Positions 45,526-56,246 of a stretch of DNA of 64,000 nucleotides are shown in pieces (the first letter of the stretch is position 1; each line of letters starts with the position of its first letter). Location of the stretch: NCBI GenBank assembly GCA_938084905.1, contig CALKEQ010000013.1, forward strand, positions 3,786-67,785. The letters are read 5' to 3'. The notes beneath the pieces are model-generated. The model saw nothing but the letters and a program-made list of their open reading frames with translations. It was not told the origin of the DNA and ran no database searches. The DNA is from an uncultured bacterium (GTDB taxonomy: Bacteria; Desulfobacterota; Syntrophorhabdia; Syntrophorhabdales; JANXAF01). The translations under genes were made by a program, and so were the position numbers.

Positions 45526-46176
45526 ATGGAAAAACAGTACGTCATAGACGAGATCACACTCAAAGACACATGGCGCCTTTTCCGGATAATGGCTGAGTTT
45601 GTAGAAGGTTTTGAGAACCTCTCTGACATTTACCCTGCCGTCAGTATCTTTGGTAGCGCCAGATGTAAGAAAGACCACCCCCTATATTTGAAAACCTATC
45701 AGCTCTCCAGAGCCCTTGGAAAAGAAGGTTTCAACATAATAACTGGTGGAGGTGGAGGGGTTATGGAAGCGGCGAATAAAGCGGCTCGTGATGCAGGGGT
45801 CAAATCTGTTGGGCTAAACATAGAGCTCCCTCTTGAACAAAAACCCAATCCTTACGCAAACGTAAGACTCAGCTTTAGATATTTCTTTGTCAGGAAAGTC
45901 ATGTTTGTCAAATACGCTGTCGCCTATATCATAATGCCTGGTGGTTTTGGAACCCTCGATGAGTGTTTTGAGGCTATAACCCTCATCCAGACGAAGAAGG
46001 TCAAGCCCTTCCCAGTCGTACTAGTTGACTCCCAATACTGGGGTGGACTTGTGGAATGGATTAGGAACACTTTGGTTGGAGCTGGTGCGATCTGTCAAGA
46101 GGATCTAAACATATTCAGCGTGATGGACGACATAGATGAAATCGTCTCATACATAAAAAGGTTTGTCATCTTGTGA
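45526..46176 (+). CDS. LOG-family (TIGR00730) nucleotide phosphoribohydrolase
   Basis: GGGGGVMEAAN and PGGFGTLDE. ATG 45526 follows AAGGAG by 8 nt; the ORF-track start is 45490. Confidence 0.88.
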   Translation: MEKQYVIDEITLKDTWRLFRIMAEFVEGFENLSDIYPAVSIFGSARCKKDHPLYLKTYQLSRALGKEGFNIITGGGGGVMEAANKAARDAGVKSVGLNIELPLEQKPNPYANVRLSFRYFFVRKVMFVKYAVAYIIMPGGFGTLDECFEAITLIQTKKVKPFPVVLVDSQYWGGLVEWIRNTLVGAGAICQEDLNIFSVMDDIDEIVSYIKRFVIL

Positions 46177-46951
46177 TCTTTTTCGCAAAAATCAGATAGC
46201 CTGTGTGGGCCACCATCCTATCGAACGGTCTAACTCTTTCTGGTATGGTTTTGTATCTCCTCAGTAAAAGCTCAACTACTTCCACATCTGCAAAGCCTTC
46301 CTGTAAGCTTTTTAAAGTTTCAGAAATCTGATTTGCCGTAGGGACAATTGTACCTACAATTCCGCAAGGTCTTAAAAGTCTCCAAACTTCTTCCATGCAC
46401 AACCAGGGTTCTCTTACGTCAATGAAAGAAGCGTCAAAATTATCCTCTTTACATTGGCTTAGGTCTCCAAGAACAAGATCCACATTTTTAAGTTCACAGA
46501 ACGTATCGATGTTCTTTTTTGCGTTTCTATAATGCCTTTCCTCCTTCTCTAAACTCACAACCCTTCCATCCGGTCCGCAGACCCTTGAAAAAACGAGAGT
46601 CAAAGCTCCACTTCCACATCCTACTTCAAGCAACTTTGAACCGTTCTTTAAGTCAAGCTTTAGACATATGTAAAAACTGTCCTTCGGATAGACGATCTGC
46701 GTCTCCCTTTTTATCCCATGCATAATTAGATCCTCAAGACTGGGTTCAAGTATCAAATACTCCCCGTGTCTGAACCCGAAGTTCTTGCCTATTATATCGT
46801 CGTAGAGGAGCTTTCCAGCCCGACCCGAGAATAATTCTCCCCTTTTAACCCTTTTTAGATACCTCCTATCCTCGTGGACGATCAAGATGTAGCTACCTTC
46901 CTCAATCCTTCTCATCACATAAAGTATCAGGGATCTTTGGCATTTTTTCAA
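46166..46951 (-). CDS. trmI: tRNA (adenine-N1)-methyltransferase TrmI/GCD14
   Basis: RETQIVYPKD and LEVGCGSGALT, with DASFIDVREPW in the D-x-P-x-P-W region. Confidence 0.88.
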   Translation of the reverse strand: MKKCQRSLILYVMRRIEEGSYILIVHEDRRYLKRVKRGELFSGRAGKLLYDDIIGKNFGFRHGEYLILEPSLEDLIMHGIKRETQIVYPKDSFYICLKLDLKNGSKLLEVGCGSGALTLVFSRVCGPDGRVVSLEKEERHYRNAKKNIDTFCELKNVDLVLGDLSQCKEDNFDASFIDVREPWLCMEEVWRLLRPCGIVGTIVPTANQISETLKSLQEGFADVEVVELLLRRYKTIPERVRPFDRMVAHTGYLIFAKKITR

Positions 46952-46967
46952 CAGAAAGTGATATAAT
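46937..46967 (+). promoter_or_regulatory. Putative extended -10 promoter placing the TSS at the GTG start of the OmpR-type regulator
   Basis: TGATATAAT (TG at 46959-46960, TATAAT at 46962-46967), with exactly 6 nt to GTG 46974. The nearest -35-like TTGGCA (46937-46942) has a long 19-nt spacer. Confidence 0.4.
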
Positions 46968-46973
46968 AGCTAT

Positions 46974-47645
46974 GTGAGGGTCCTTCTAATCGAGGACGAA
47001 GATAAGCTTTGTGAATTTATAAAAAAAGGACTGGAAGAGGAAGGATATGAAGTTGACGTTTCCCTTGATGGCAGATCAGGTCTCGAGTCTATCTCAAAAA
47101 ACTCCTATGATATAATTCTACTCGATCTCATGATACCTGAAATTGACGGCCTCGAAGTGCTACGTTCAATAAGAGAAAGGGGGATAGATACCCCAGTTCT
47201 TATAATAACGGCGAAGACCTCAAAAGAGGATATCGTGAGAGGGCTAGATTCGGGAAGTGATGACTACCTGACAAAGCCGTTTTCATTTGATGAGCTTCTT
47301 GCGAGAATGAGAGCTCTCTTAAGAAGATCAAAAAGGGGAGAAACTCATATTATGGAGTACTCCGATCTTAAGCTCGATGCCTACTCTAGGAAGCTAACAA
47401 TATCTTCAAAGGAGGTAGAGTTAACGGAAAAAGAGTATATGATTCTGGAGTACATGTTCAAAAACAAGGAAAGACCTGTGACTAGAGAGGAGATAGCCAC
47501 CCACGTATGGGGGGAAAAAGCAGGTTCAACAAACATTGTGGATGTTTACATCAACTTTTTAAGAAAGAAGATTGAGCCCCTCTCTAAAAAGAGGTACATC
47601 CACACTATAAGAGGGATAGGTTACGCGCTCAAAGATGAAAATTAG
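46974..47645 (+). CDS. OmpR/PhoB-family response regulator
   Basis: MRVLLIEDE, ILLDLMIP, TAK, and a winged-helix C-terminus (IRGIGYAL). Confidence 0.93.
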   Translation: MRVLLIEDEDKLCEFIKKGLEEEGYEVDVSLDGRSGLESISKNSYDIILLDLMIPEIDGLEVLRSIRERGIDTPVLIITAKTSKEDIVRGLDSGSDDYLTKPFSFDELLARMRALLRRSKRGETHIMEYSDLKLDAYSRKLTISSKEVELTEKEYMILEYMFKNKERPVTREEIATHVWGEKAGSTNIVDVYINFLRKKIEPLSKKRYIHTIRGIGYALKDEN

Positions 47646-49068
47646 GGGAGTAGAACTGCCAATAAAATGGAAACTAGCTTTATGGTATGGATCCATTCTC
47701 GGCCTTGTGTTAATCGCTTTTTCTTTCTGGGTTTACCTCTATTTCAAAAACAGCCTTGAGCACAGTATAGATAGAAAGCTAAAATCGATCGCAGATGTTC
47801 TCTCTTCTTCAATAGTTGATCAGAATCAACCAACGATCTTCGGAAACTTTGAGAGGTATCTTGAAAACGTGTTCGGAAGAAAACCGAAGGGTAAATTCAT
47901 TCAGATTCTCGACGCATCAGGAAAGATAGGGGCAAAAGTAAGCGATCTTGACACTCAGACACTACCTGTGAGTTACAAAGCATTGGAGAAGGCATTCTCA
48001 GGAGACGTCTTCTATGAAACAGTGGGAGAAAAAGGGTCAAGGATGAGAATCATAACCATGCCAATCAAGGAAAACGGAAAGGTTCTGACCATAGTTCAGG
48101 TTGGGACATCTTTAGAGGACTTCGATGAATCCATGTCAAAACTTTTGATGGTTATGGCCATAAGCATCCCAACTGCCTTGGCCTTAACGATCATAGGCGG
48201 GTATTTCCTGGCCAAGAAGAGTCTAAAACCGGTAGATCAGATAAGAAAAGCTGCGATTAAGATTTCTTCTACAAATTTGGAGGAAAGGATAGATGTTGGA
48301 GGCAGAAGGGACGAACTTGGAAAGCTTGCGGAAACTTTCAACGATATGATAGAGAGGCTTAGAGATTCCTTTCAAAGAATAAACCAGTTCAGCATAGACG
48401 TTTCCCATGAACTTAAGACACCCCTTGCCATTCTAAAGGGAGAGACAGAAGTTGCCTTAAGAAAAGAGAGGGAGAAGGAGGAGTACCAGCGGATCCTGAA
48501 AAGCAATCTGGAGGAGATAAATAGGATGACGAAAATCATAGATGATCTTCTCTTTCTTTCCAAAGCAGAAACGAAGAATTTATCTGTGAATAGGGAACCT
48601 GTTGTCCTTCAAGACTTGATCACTGATGTCTGTTTGGACATGAAAAGCTATGCGGAGCAAAAAGGTGTCAGTCTCCAGATAGGTACTCTTGAGGACATAA
48701 CCCTTGAAGGAGATGAACTTAAACTTCGAAGGATGCTCATGAACTTGATCGACAATGGAATAAAGTACACGCCTCCGGGAGGAAAAGTTGAGGTTTCAAG
48801 TTCTATAGATGATGGGTATGCCAGGATCGATATAAGAGATACAGGGGTTGGAATATCTGCAACGGACTTAAAATACATTTTTGATAGATTTTACAGGGCT
48901 GACAAGGCTAGAAAGAGGGACACAGGCACTGGTCTTGGACTCGCCATATGTAAATGGATCGTGGAGGCTCACAATGGAAAGATAGAGGTCGATAGTGTAC
49001 CGAAGAAGGGTAGCACTTTTTCCGTTTTACTCCCTATTTTTGCGAACAAAAAGGAGGAACGTAGATGA
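47635..49068 (+). CDS. Sensor histidine kinase (2 TM, periplasmic loop, HAMP, HisKA, HATPase_c)
   Basis: H-box SHELKTPL, N-box NLIDNGIKYT, G1 DTGVGI, G2 GTGLGLAI. Confidence 0.92.
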   Translation: MKIRGVELPIKWKLALWYGSILGLVLIAFSFWVYLYFKNSLEHSIDRKLKSIADVLSSSIVDQNQPTIFGNFERYLENVFGRKPKGKFIQILDASGKIGAKVSDLDTQTLPVSYKALEKAFSGDVFYETVGEKGSRMRIITMPIKENGKVLTIVQVGTSLEDFDESMSKLLMVMAISIPTALALTIIGGYFLAKKSLKPVDQIRKAAIKISSTNLEERIDVGGRRDELGKLAETFNDMIERLRDSFQRINQFSIDVSHELKTPLAILKGETEVALRKEREKEEYQRILKSNLEEINRMTKIIDDLLFLSKAETKNLSVNREPVVLQDLITDVCLDMKSYAEQKGVSLQIGTLEDITLEGDELKLRRMLMNLIDNGIKYTPPGGKVEVSSSIDDGYARIDIRDTGVGISATDLKYIFDRFYRADKARKRDTGTGLGLAICKWIVEAHNGKIEVDSVPKKGSTFSVLLPIFANKKEERR

Positions 49069-50528
49069 ATAAAAAGAAGCTTTATCTTCTAGTATTTGTT
49101 CTTTTGGGAGTTGCTCTCCTTCTCGCATATACGAGGGAAAAGGTGGCTTCGAAGAATCTCAGCCTAAACGTAATAAGGTCAGAGGCTGCCCCTACTTTGC
49201 CTCTCGAAAAGCCTCTTCCTAGCTTTGCAGAGCTCGTCAAAAAAGTGAAACCCGCGGTTGTCAACATAAGTACAACGACAGTCGTAAAGGGTCCTGACTT
49301 GAGGGAGTGGTTCTTTGGAAGAAGAAGCCCATTTGAGGATTTCTTTGGAGACTACTTCGAGAGGTTCTTCGGTGATATCCCCCAGAGGGAGTATAAGCAA
49401 AGGAGCCTCGGGTCCGGTTTTATAATAGACAAGGAAGGGTACATTCTCACAAACAACCATGTAATAGAGAGGGCACAGTCCATTAAGGTAAAGCTCTACG
49501 ATTCGAGAGAATACGACGCCACAGTAGTTGGAAGGGATCCAAAAACGGACATTGCGCTCATAAAGATAAACCCAAAGCAGAGCTTGCCCGTTGCGGTTCT
49601 TGGCGACTCTGATAAATTGGAGGTAGGAGAATGGGTTATAGCTATCGGTAATCCTTTTGGTCTTGAGCATACAGTAACGGCAGGGATCGTTAGTGCAAAA
49701 GGTAGGGTAATAGGTCAGGGTCCTTACGACGACTTCATTCAGACAGACGCCTCAATCAACCCGGGAAATAGTGGTGGTCCCCTTTTCAATCTGAAAGGAG
49801 AGGTTGTCGGAATAAACACTGCAATCATATCAGGTGGACAGGGTATAGGGTTCGCCATTCCTATAAATTTGGCTAAGGCTGTGGTAGAACAGCTGAAAAC
49901 CAAAAAAAGGGTGATAAGAGGCTGGCTTGGAATAAAGATTCAGCGCGTTACTCCGGAGATTGCAGAAAACTTCGGTTTAAAAGAACCTGAAGGGGCATTG
50001 GTTGCCGATGTTGAAGAGGGATCTCCAGCAGATCGGGCAGGGATAAAAACTGGAGACATCATAATAGCCTATGACGGAAAACCCATAAAAGATATGGATG
50101 TCCTCCCAAAACTTGTTGCTCAGACTGAGGTTGGGAAAAAAGTTAAGGTAAAAATAGTTCGTGAAGGAAAGGTGATTGAAAAAGAAGTAATCGTAGGGGA
50201 ACAGAAAGAGGAGGAACCTAGGGTCTCTAAAGAACTAGAAACGGAAAAAAGTATAGGCTTAGTTGTTCAGGATCTGACACCGGAGATCGCTAGACATCTA
50301 AACATAAAGGATAAAAGTGGAGTCCTCGTTACAGATGTCAAGCCAGGAAGTCCTGCTGATGAGGCAGGTATAAGGAGAGGGGACGTTATAAAGGAAATTG
50401 GAAAGAAGCAGATAAGAAACGTAAAAGATTTCAGGGAAGCTATGAGAAACGTTAATCTGAAAAAAGGGGTCGTTATGCTCATAAAAAGGGAGAACACAAC
50501 ATTTTACGTTGTGATAAAATCAGAGTAA
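49065..50528 (+). CDS. htrA: DegP/HtrA-family serine protease with two PDZ domains
   Basis: Signal anchor. Catalytic triad contexts TNNHVI, DIALIK and GNSGGPL. Two PDZ blocks (GSPADRAGI, GSPADEAGI). Confidence 0.93.
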   Translation: MNKKKLYLLVFVLLGVALLLAYTREKVASKNLSLNVIRSEAAPTLPLEKPLPSFAELVKKVKPAVVNISTTTVVKGPDLREWFFGRRSPFEDFFGDYFERFFGDIPQREYKQRSLGSGFIIDKEGYILTNNHVIERAQSIKVKLYDSREYDATVVGRDPKTDIALIKINPKQSLPVAVLGDSDKLEVGEWVIAIGNPFGLEHTVTAGIVSAKGRVIGQGPYDDFIQTDASINPGNSGGPLFNLKGEVVGINTAIISGGQGIGFAIPINLAKAVVEQLKTKKRVIRGWLGIKIQRVTPEIAENFGLKEPEGALVADVEEGSPADRAGIKTGDIIIAYDGKPIKDMDVLPKLVAQTEVGKKVKVKIVREGKVIEKEVIVGEQKEEEPRVSKELETEKSIGLVVQDLTPEIARHLNIKDKSGVLVTDVKPGSPADEAGIRRGDVIKEIGKKQIRNVKDFREAMRNVNLKKGVVMLIKRENTTFYVVIKSE

Positions 50529-50541
50529 GGGTGTGAGAGAC

Positions 50542-51747
50542 ATGCCTGTTTACGAGTGGGTAGGCAGAACTTTAGATGGAGTAGCCCAAAAGGGTACCAT
50601 GAGCGCAGATTCAGAGATTTCCCTGAGGATCAATTTAAGAAAAAATGGAATCGTTCTGATTAAGGCGACTGAGAAGAAAAGGGAAGCAAAGGAAAAGTAC
50701 AATCCGAAAGCAAAAATAAAGATAATGGACGTTGTTGTTTTCACTAGACAGCTCTCCACAATGATCACCTCCGGTTTGCCACTCGTCCAGTCACTCCAGA
50801 TTCTCTCAAATCAGGTTGAAGACAAAAACCTAAAGGGAATAGTTAAAGAGGTAAAGGAAAAGATCGAGGGTGGATCCTCTTTTGCTGATGCTTTAAAGGA
50901 TTATCCGCAGTGTTTTGACTCTCTCTATGTGAACCTCGTACGGGCAGGAGAAGAGGCGGGTATGATAGACACGGTTCTCCTTAGGCTGGCAACATACATG
51001 GAAAAGACTGCAAAACTGAAAAAAAAGGTGAAATCTGCGCTTATCTACCCTGCAAGCATAGTGGTGGTGGCAATCGGAGTAGTTATGGTTTTGCTTATAT
51101 TTGTGATACCTGTCTTTGAGACCATGTTTAAGGATATGGGTGCGACCCTACCGGCTCCAACCCAGTTTGTGGTTAACTTGAGCCGACTGGTGAAGAGCTA
51201 TATTCTCCATATGTTCGGGTCACTGGTTTTCCTCTTTTTCGCCTTCAAGAAGTACTACTCTACCGAGTCAGGAAGGAAAAAGATAGACAAGTTACTGCTA
51301 AAAATACCCCTATTTGGCCTTCTGCTGATAAAGACCTCAGTCGCACGTGTGGCTCGAACACTGGCAACTCTCCTTTCCAGTGGAGTTCCTATTTTAGACA
51401 GTCTAAACATTGTGGCAAAGGTAGCAGGCAATAAAATCGTTGAGGAAGCCATCTTAAACGCGAAAGCCCGCATCTCAGAAGGAAAGAGCATGTCTGAACC
51501 AATGGCAGAAAGCGGAGTTTTTCCACCTATGGTTGTGCAAATGGTTGAAGTTGGAGAATCGACAGGTGCTCTCGATAGTATGTTGAACAAAGTAGCGGAC
51601 TTTTACGAGGACGATGTGGACAATATGGTTTCTAATCTGATGACACTTATGGAGCCGATTATCATGGTTTTTTTGGGTGTTATCCTGGGAGGTCTGATAA
51701 TCTCCATGTATCTACCTATTTTCCAACTTGGTCAGGCTGTCGGTTAG
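50542..51747 (+). CDS. pilC: Type II secretion system F / type IV pilus platform protein PilC family
   Basis: Two GspF repeats ([15 protein letters not shown]..., [16 protein letters not shown]...) and three TM segments. ATG 50542 is preferred over GTG 50533. Confidence 0.88.
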   Translation: MPVYEWVGRTLDGVAQKGTMSADSEISLRINLRKNGIVLIKATEKKREAKEKYNPKAKIKIMDVVVFTRQLSTMITSGLPLVQSLQILSNQVEDKNLKGIVKEVKEKIEGGSSFADALKDYPQCFDSLYVNLVRAGEEAGMIDTVLLRLATYMEKTAKLKKKVKSALIYPASIVVVAIGVVMVLLIFVIPVFETMFKDMGATLPAPTQFVVNLSRLVKSYILHMFGSLVFLFFAFKKYYSTESGRKKIDKLLLKIPLFGLLLIKTSVARVARTLATLLSSGVPILDSLNIVAKVAGNKIVEEAILNAKARISEGKSMSEPMAESGVFPPMVVQMVEVGESTGALDSMLNKVADFYEDDVDNMVSNLMTLMEPIIMVFLGVILGGLIISMYLPIFQLGQAVG

Positions 51748-53016
51748 CTCCTTCCATTTCGCAATCTCACTCAGCGCCCTTTTGACCAGGCTTTCCTTTT
51801 TCTTTTTTGTGTATCCCTCTATAAGCCCGAAATTCACATTCATAGGCTGAAAATGAGCTTTTTCTTCGGTTATGTAAGCAATAAGTGCCCCGACTGATGT
51901 AGTCCTGGGAGGAGGTATAAACTCTTTTCCTTCCTCGAAGAAAAATGCGGATATCCCCGCTATTATTCCCGTTGCACATGATTCCATGTAGCCCTCAACC
52001 CCTGTAATCTGTCCTGCAAAGAATATCCTCTCGTCTTTTTTGAGTTGCAAGGTGCCTTTTAAGAGATGAGGAGAATTGATGAAGGTGTTCCTATGCACAC
52101 TTCCGTACCTGAGAAAACGCGCATTTCTCAAGGCGGGAATGAGTCTGAAAACCCTCTCCTGTTCAACGTAAGTCATCTTAGTTTGAAAACCGACCATGTT
52201 GTACATTGACCCTTCTCTGTCTTCTCTTCTCAGCTGAACAACAGCGTAAGGCGTTTTATTGGTTTTCGGGTCTTTAAGACCTACAGGTTTCAAGGGGCCA
52301 AAGAGAAGAGTCTTTTTTCCCCTTTCCGCTAGTACCTCAATTGGTAAACAACCCTCAAAATAGGGAATTTTTTCAAACTCTCTAAATTCAACCTTTTTTG
52401 CTTTGAGCAGTTCCTCGTAGAAAATCTCGTACTCTTCTTCGGTCAGTGGACAGTTAAGATAGTCAGCATTTTCCATTGAATATCTGGAGCCAAAGAAAGC
52501 TTTTTCCATATCTATACTCTTTCCATCAACAATCGGCGATATGGCGTCGTAAAAGTACAGGTTCTTCCTTCCTGTAAGGGATGCTATCTCTTCCGCCAGA
52601 TCATCCGAAGTCAATGGACCTGTGGCGATGATCACCGTTCCAGATGGGATTTTCCTAACCTCTTCTCTCACAATAGTCACATAGGGGTTTTTTGAAATCT
52701 CCTCTGTTACCCTTTCCGCAAATCTCCATCTGTCAACAACAAGGGCTTTACCTCCTGGAATCTGGGTCTCCTCCGCAATCCGAAGTATGAGGGAATCGAG
52801 TATTCTCATCTCCTCCTTCAACAGTCCGTGAGCGTCAAAAAGATCCCTAGATTTGAAAGAATTGCTGCAAACTATTTCTGCAAGTAACCCTGTCTTATGA
52901 GCGGGTGTTAATTTTTGCGGCCTCATTTCGTAAAGAACAACCTCTTTTTTTCTTTTGGCTATCTGATACGCTGCCTCCACACCCGCAAGTCCTCCCCCTA
53001 TTACTGTGATCGCCAA
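51712..53016 (-). CDS. trmFO: Methylenetetrahydrofolate-tRNA-(uracil54-C5)-methyltransferase TrmFO
   Basis: [38 protein letters not shown] 53016 lies 6 nt after GGAGGG. The ORF-track extension to 53145 runs antisense-free but lies inside the topA 3' end. Confidence 0.9.
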   Translation of the reverse strand: MAITVIGGGLAGVEAAYQIAKRKKEVVLYEMRPQKLTPAHKTGLLAEIVCSNSFKSRDLFDAHGLLKEEMRILDSLILRIAEETQIPGGKALVVDRWRFAERVTEEISKNPYVTIVREEVRKIPSGTVIIATGPLTSDDLAEEIASLTGRKNLYFYDAISPIVDGKSIDMEKAFFGSRYSMENADYLNCPLTEEEYEIFYEELLKAKKVEFREFEKIPYFEGCLPIEVLAERGKKTLLFGPLKPVGLKDPKTNKTPYAVVQLRREDREGSMYNMVGFQTKMTYVEQERVFRLIPALRNARFLRYGSVHRNTFINSPHLLKGTLQLKKDERIFFAGQITGVEGYMESCATGIIAGISAFFFEEGKEFIPPPRTTSVGALIAYITEEKAHFQPMNVNFGLIEGYTKKKKESLVKRALSEIAKWKELTDSLTKLENR

Positions 53017-55211
53017 CTGCAACCCTCCCTCAGACAAAGAGTCTTTTTTCCGGATACAAAAAGTGTTGGGGAGCCACATTCCGGGCACGGCCCGGCCGTT
53101 GGTACCCTGTTTGTAACGAATGAACAGGAAGGATACTTGGAGCAACTGAAAAACGTCTTTCTCGTTTTCTGAGATTTCTTTTCTATGAGCTTGCCTTCAC
53201 AACCGGGAAGAGGACAGAGATGCCCTGTTGAGTAAGGTTCCGTGTAGGTGCATTCAGGATAGTTCGTGCAAGCGATAAATCTTCCATATCGGCCACTTTT
53301 TTCAAGAAGCACTCCTCCGCACTGAGGACACACACCTTTCTTTTCCCCTTCTATCACATGTATCTGCCCATTTTCATCGACAATCACGTTCTTTCTGTTC
53401 TTACAGGTATCCCGATTTGAGCATATTAGATAGTCGCCTTTTTTACTCCACTTAAGTATCATCTCCTTTCCACACCTGTCACATCTTATGTCTGTCACCC
53501 TTTCCTCACTCTTTAGATTTTTCATCTCCCTCTCTGCCCTTCTTAGGTCGTTCTTAAAAACGGAGTAAAAATTTTCAAGAATCTGGGTCCAATTTTTCTT
53601 TCCGTTTTCTATAAGATCGAGCCTTTCTTCCATCTTTGCGGTAAAGTCTATATCTACAATAAGCGGAAAAAATTGCTTCAAAAGCCTATTCACAGTTCGA
53701 CCAAGAGGGGTCGGTTTTAGCTTTCCTTCCTCCTTTTTGACGTAGCCCCTCTCCTGTATAGTACTGACTATGGTAGCGTAAGTGGATGGTCTGCCTATGC
53801 CGTTACTCTCTAAAGCCTTTATAAGGCTCGCTTCCGTGAAGCGTGGCGGCGGATTTGTGTACTTTTTTTGAAGGACAACATCAGCAAGTTCAACCTTTTG
53901 AGACTCACTTATATCAGGCAGAAATTCCTCTTTTTCCTCTTCCTCTTTTTCCTCCTCGTAAAGTCTGGAAAATCCGTCAAAAATCGTCCTTTCACCTTTA
54001 GCTACGAAGGTGTACTTTCCCGCAATTACCTCTACGGTTTTTGCCTCAACTACTTTTTCAGCCATCTGAGAGGCAAGGAACCTTTTCCATATAAGGTCGT
54101 AAAGTAGATAAAGATCACCGGAAAGATACGGTTTTACAATCTCTGGGGTCAGATAGACATCCGTCGGTCTTATTGCCTCATGGGCATCCTGGGCTGTGCT
54201 TTTGTTCTTGAATACACGAGGAGAAGGAGGAACGTAGTTCTCTCCGAAGACTTCCCTTATCAGTCTCCTTGCACCTTCTCTCGCCTCCTCTGAGACTCTC
54301 ACAGAGTCAGTTCTCATGTAAGTTATGAGGCCAGTAGTTTTACCTTCTCCTATTTCAACACCTTCGTAAAGTATCTGTGCAAGCATCATCGTCTTTTTCG
54401 GCGTGAATTTAAAGAGCCTGGATGCCTCTTGCTGCATCCTACTTGTTATAAATGGCGGCTGAGGATCAATTACTTTCTTCTTTACAGACACAGACTTTAT
54501 CACAAAAGTCTCATTTTTCAGCTCTCCCTTTATTCTCTCTGCTTCCTCTTCCGAGGATATTCTACATTTTTCACCTTCAACTTTGTCGAGTACGGCCCTG
54601 AATTGTTCTCCAGATTCGAGTTTAAGAATTACTTCTATCTTCCAGTACTCTTCTCTAACAAACTTTTCAATCTCTTCTTCCCTGTCACAGATTATGCGAA
54701 GTGCGGCTGACTGAACCCTTCCCGCAGACAATCTGTGGCTTACCTTTTCCCATAAAATTGGGCTGATCTTGTATCCCACTAGACGGTCAAGAACCCTCCT
54801 TGCCTTCTGGGCGTTGTATTTGCACTCGTTGAGGCCAGTCGCGGATCTTAGGCCCTCTTCCACACCCTTCTTCGTTATCTCGTGAAAGAGAACCCTTTTT
54901 ATCTCCTTTCCTCCATCTATAAGCTCCGCAACATGGAAGGCTATGGCCTCACCTTCCCTGTCAGGATCGGACCCTATAAGGACCTGATCAACCTCTCTAC
55001 TTGCCCTTCTTATATCCTCGACTATTTTCGACTTTCCCTTTATTATCACAAACTCAGGTGTAAAGCCGTCTTTTATGTTGACTCCCAGACGGTTTTCAGG
55101 CAGATCCTTTATATGTCCATATGTGGCCTTTATTATGTAGCTTTTATCAAGAAACTTCGATAACGTTTTTACCTTTGTTGGAGATTCAACAACAAGCAGG
55201 TATTTTGCCAT
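53001..55211 (-). CDS. topA: DNA topoisomerase I
   Basis: [18 protein letters not shown]...DPDREGE and active-site YMRTDS. Four C-terminal CxxC...CxxC zinc ribbons. Confidence 0.95.
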   Translation of the reverse strand: MAKYLLVVESPTKVKTLSKFLDKSYIIKATYGHIKDLPENRLGVNIKDGFTPEFVIIKGKSKIVEDIRRASREVDQVLIGSDPDREGEAIAFHVAELIDGGKEIKRVLFHEITKKGVEEGLRSATGLNECKYNAQKARRVLDRLVGYKISPILWEKVSHRLSAGRVQSAALRIICDREEEIEKFVREEYWKIEVILKLESGEQFRAVLDKVEGEKCRISSEEEAERIKGELKNETFVIKSVSVKKKVIDPQPPFITSRMQQEASRLFKFTPKKTMMLAQILYEGVEIGEGKTTGLITYMRTDSVRVSEEAREGARRLIREVFGENYVPPSPRVFKNKSTAQDAHEAIRPTDVYLTPEIVKPYLSGDLYLLYDLIWKRFLASQMAEKVVEAKTVEVIAGKYTFVAKGERTIFDGFSRLYEEEKEEEEKEEFLPDISESQKVELADVVLQKKYTNPPPRFTEASLIKALESNGIGRPSTYATIVSTIQERGYVKKEEGKLKPTPLGRTVNRLLKQFFPLIVDIDFTAKMEERLDLIENGKKNWTQILENFYSVFKNDLRRAEREMKNLKSEERVTDIRCDRCGKEMILKWSKKGDYLICSNRDTCKNRKNVIVDENGQIHVIEGEKKGVCPQCGGVLLEKSGRYGRFIACTNYPECTYTEPYSTGHLCPLPGCEGKLIEKKSQKTRKTFFSCSKYPSCSFVTNRVPTAGPCPECGSPTLFVSGKKTLCLREGCSWRSQ

Positions 55212-55212
55212 G

Positions 55213-56244
55213 CTAAGACCTCAGGTAAAAACCTCCTGGGAAGGATTTTACCAGTCCTCTCATTTCAAGTTTTGTCAGAACGGCGAGTGCTCTTGAAGGC
55301 TCCATACCACTCTTTTCTATTATTTCATCAACGTGGACCCTCACATTCCCTATAATCTGGTAGAGAAGCGATTCTTCTTTCTCAAGCTCTTCCATCTCCT
55401 TCTTTTCCAGTTTTATGTGGGGGAAGGTGAACTCGAGAATGTCATCGATACTATCCACTAGCCTCGCACCTTCTTTTATAAGTAAATTAGTTCCAGAATG
55501 CAAATCGTCAAATATACTACCAGGAATTGCCATAATATCTCTACCATACTCGAGTCCTAATCTGGCGGTTATGAGGGCCCCGCTCCTTCTAGATGCTTCC
55601 ACCACAAGTACGGCTTTTGAAGATCCTGCTATTATTCTGTTCCTTTCGGGAAAGTGCTGAGGGAAGGGTGGTTGACCAGGAGGGTACTCAGATAGGATCA
55701 GCCCCTCTCTAGAGATTTTTTCATATAGCCAACGATTCTCAACTGGATAACAGACATCTATACCACAGCCTAAAACGGCAATAGTTTTTCCATTCCCTTT
55801 CAGTGCTCCTTTGTGAGCCTGCGCATCTATACCGAGGGCCATGCCACTTACGATTGTTATTCCAAGGGATGACAATGTCTCACCGATCTTTTCTGCCAGA
55901 TTCATACCCTCAAAGGAGGCCTTTCTAGATCCAACAATGGCTATAGTATCCTCATGGGGTAGAAATGGGCCCTTAACGTAAAGGACAATAGGCGCGTCTG
56001 GGATCTGCCTTAAAAGTGGAGGGTAATTATCATCGAAAATTGTAACAACACGCGCTCCTATTTGATCCAAGCGCTGCAAATCTTCCTCCACCTCTCTTTC
56101 TATTTTCGCCTCTTTCATTTTTTTTGTAATCTCATCCCCTATCTCCCTTCCCTCCAATATTCTCTGCGCCAACTCTTTTTTTGCCGACTTCTTAATTCCC
56201 CTTATTTTAGAAAGGGCAATAAGAGAGACCTTGAGCGAATCCAT
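55213..56244 (-). CDS. dprA: DNA-processing protein DprA/Smf
   Basis: IAIVGSRKAS, SGMALGIDAQAH, FPERNRIIAG, plus a C-terminal winged-helix-like tail. Confidence 0.92.
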   Translation of the reverse strand: MDSLKVSLIALSKIRGIKKSAKKELAQRILEGREIGDEITKKMKEAKIEREVEEDLQRLDQIGARVVTIFDDNYPPLLRQIPDAPIVLYVKGPFLPHEDTIAIVGSRKASFEGMNLAEKIGETLSSLGITIVSGMALGIDAQAHKGALKGNGKTIAVLGCGIDVCYPVENRWLYEKISREGLILSEYPPGQPPFPQHFPERNRIIAGSSKAVLVVEASRRSGALITARLGLEYGRDIMAIPGSIFDDLHSGTNLLIKEGARLVDSIDDILEFTFPHIKLEKKEMEELEKEESLLYQIIGNVRVHVDEIIEKSGMEPSRALAVLTKLEMRGLVKSFPGGFYLRS

Positions 56245-56246
56245 AT

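Noticed and set aside
45355-45678. 107-aa minus-strand ORF spanning the ROK start, the spacer and the LOG 5' end
   Set aside because: It overlaps two supported genes and the promoter-like spacer between them. It shows no homology signal and is incompatible with the ROK N-terminus MRLGIDLGGTK, which starts at 45410.
49179-49670. 163-aa minus-strand ORF inside htrA
   Set aside because: It is antisense to the catalytic core of a well-supported protease gene, and the sequence is not protein-like (many Cys/Tyr/Leu runs, no motifs).
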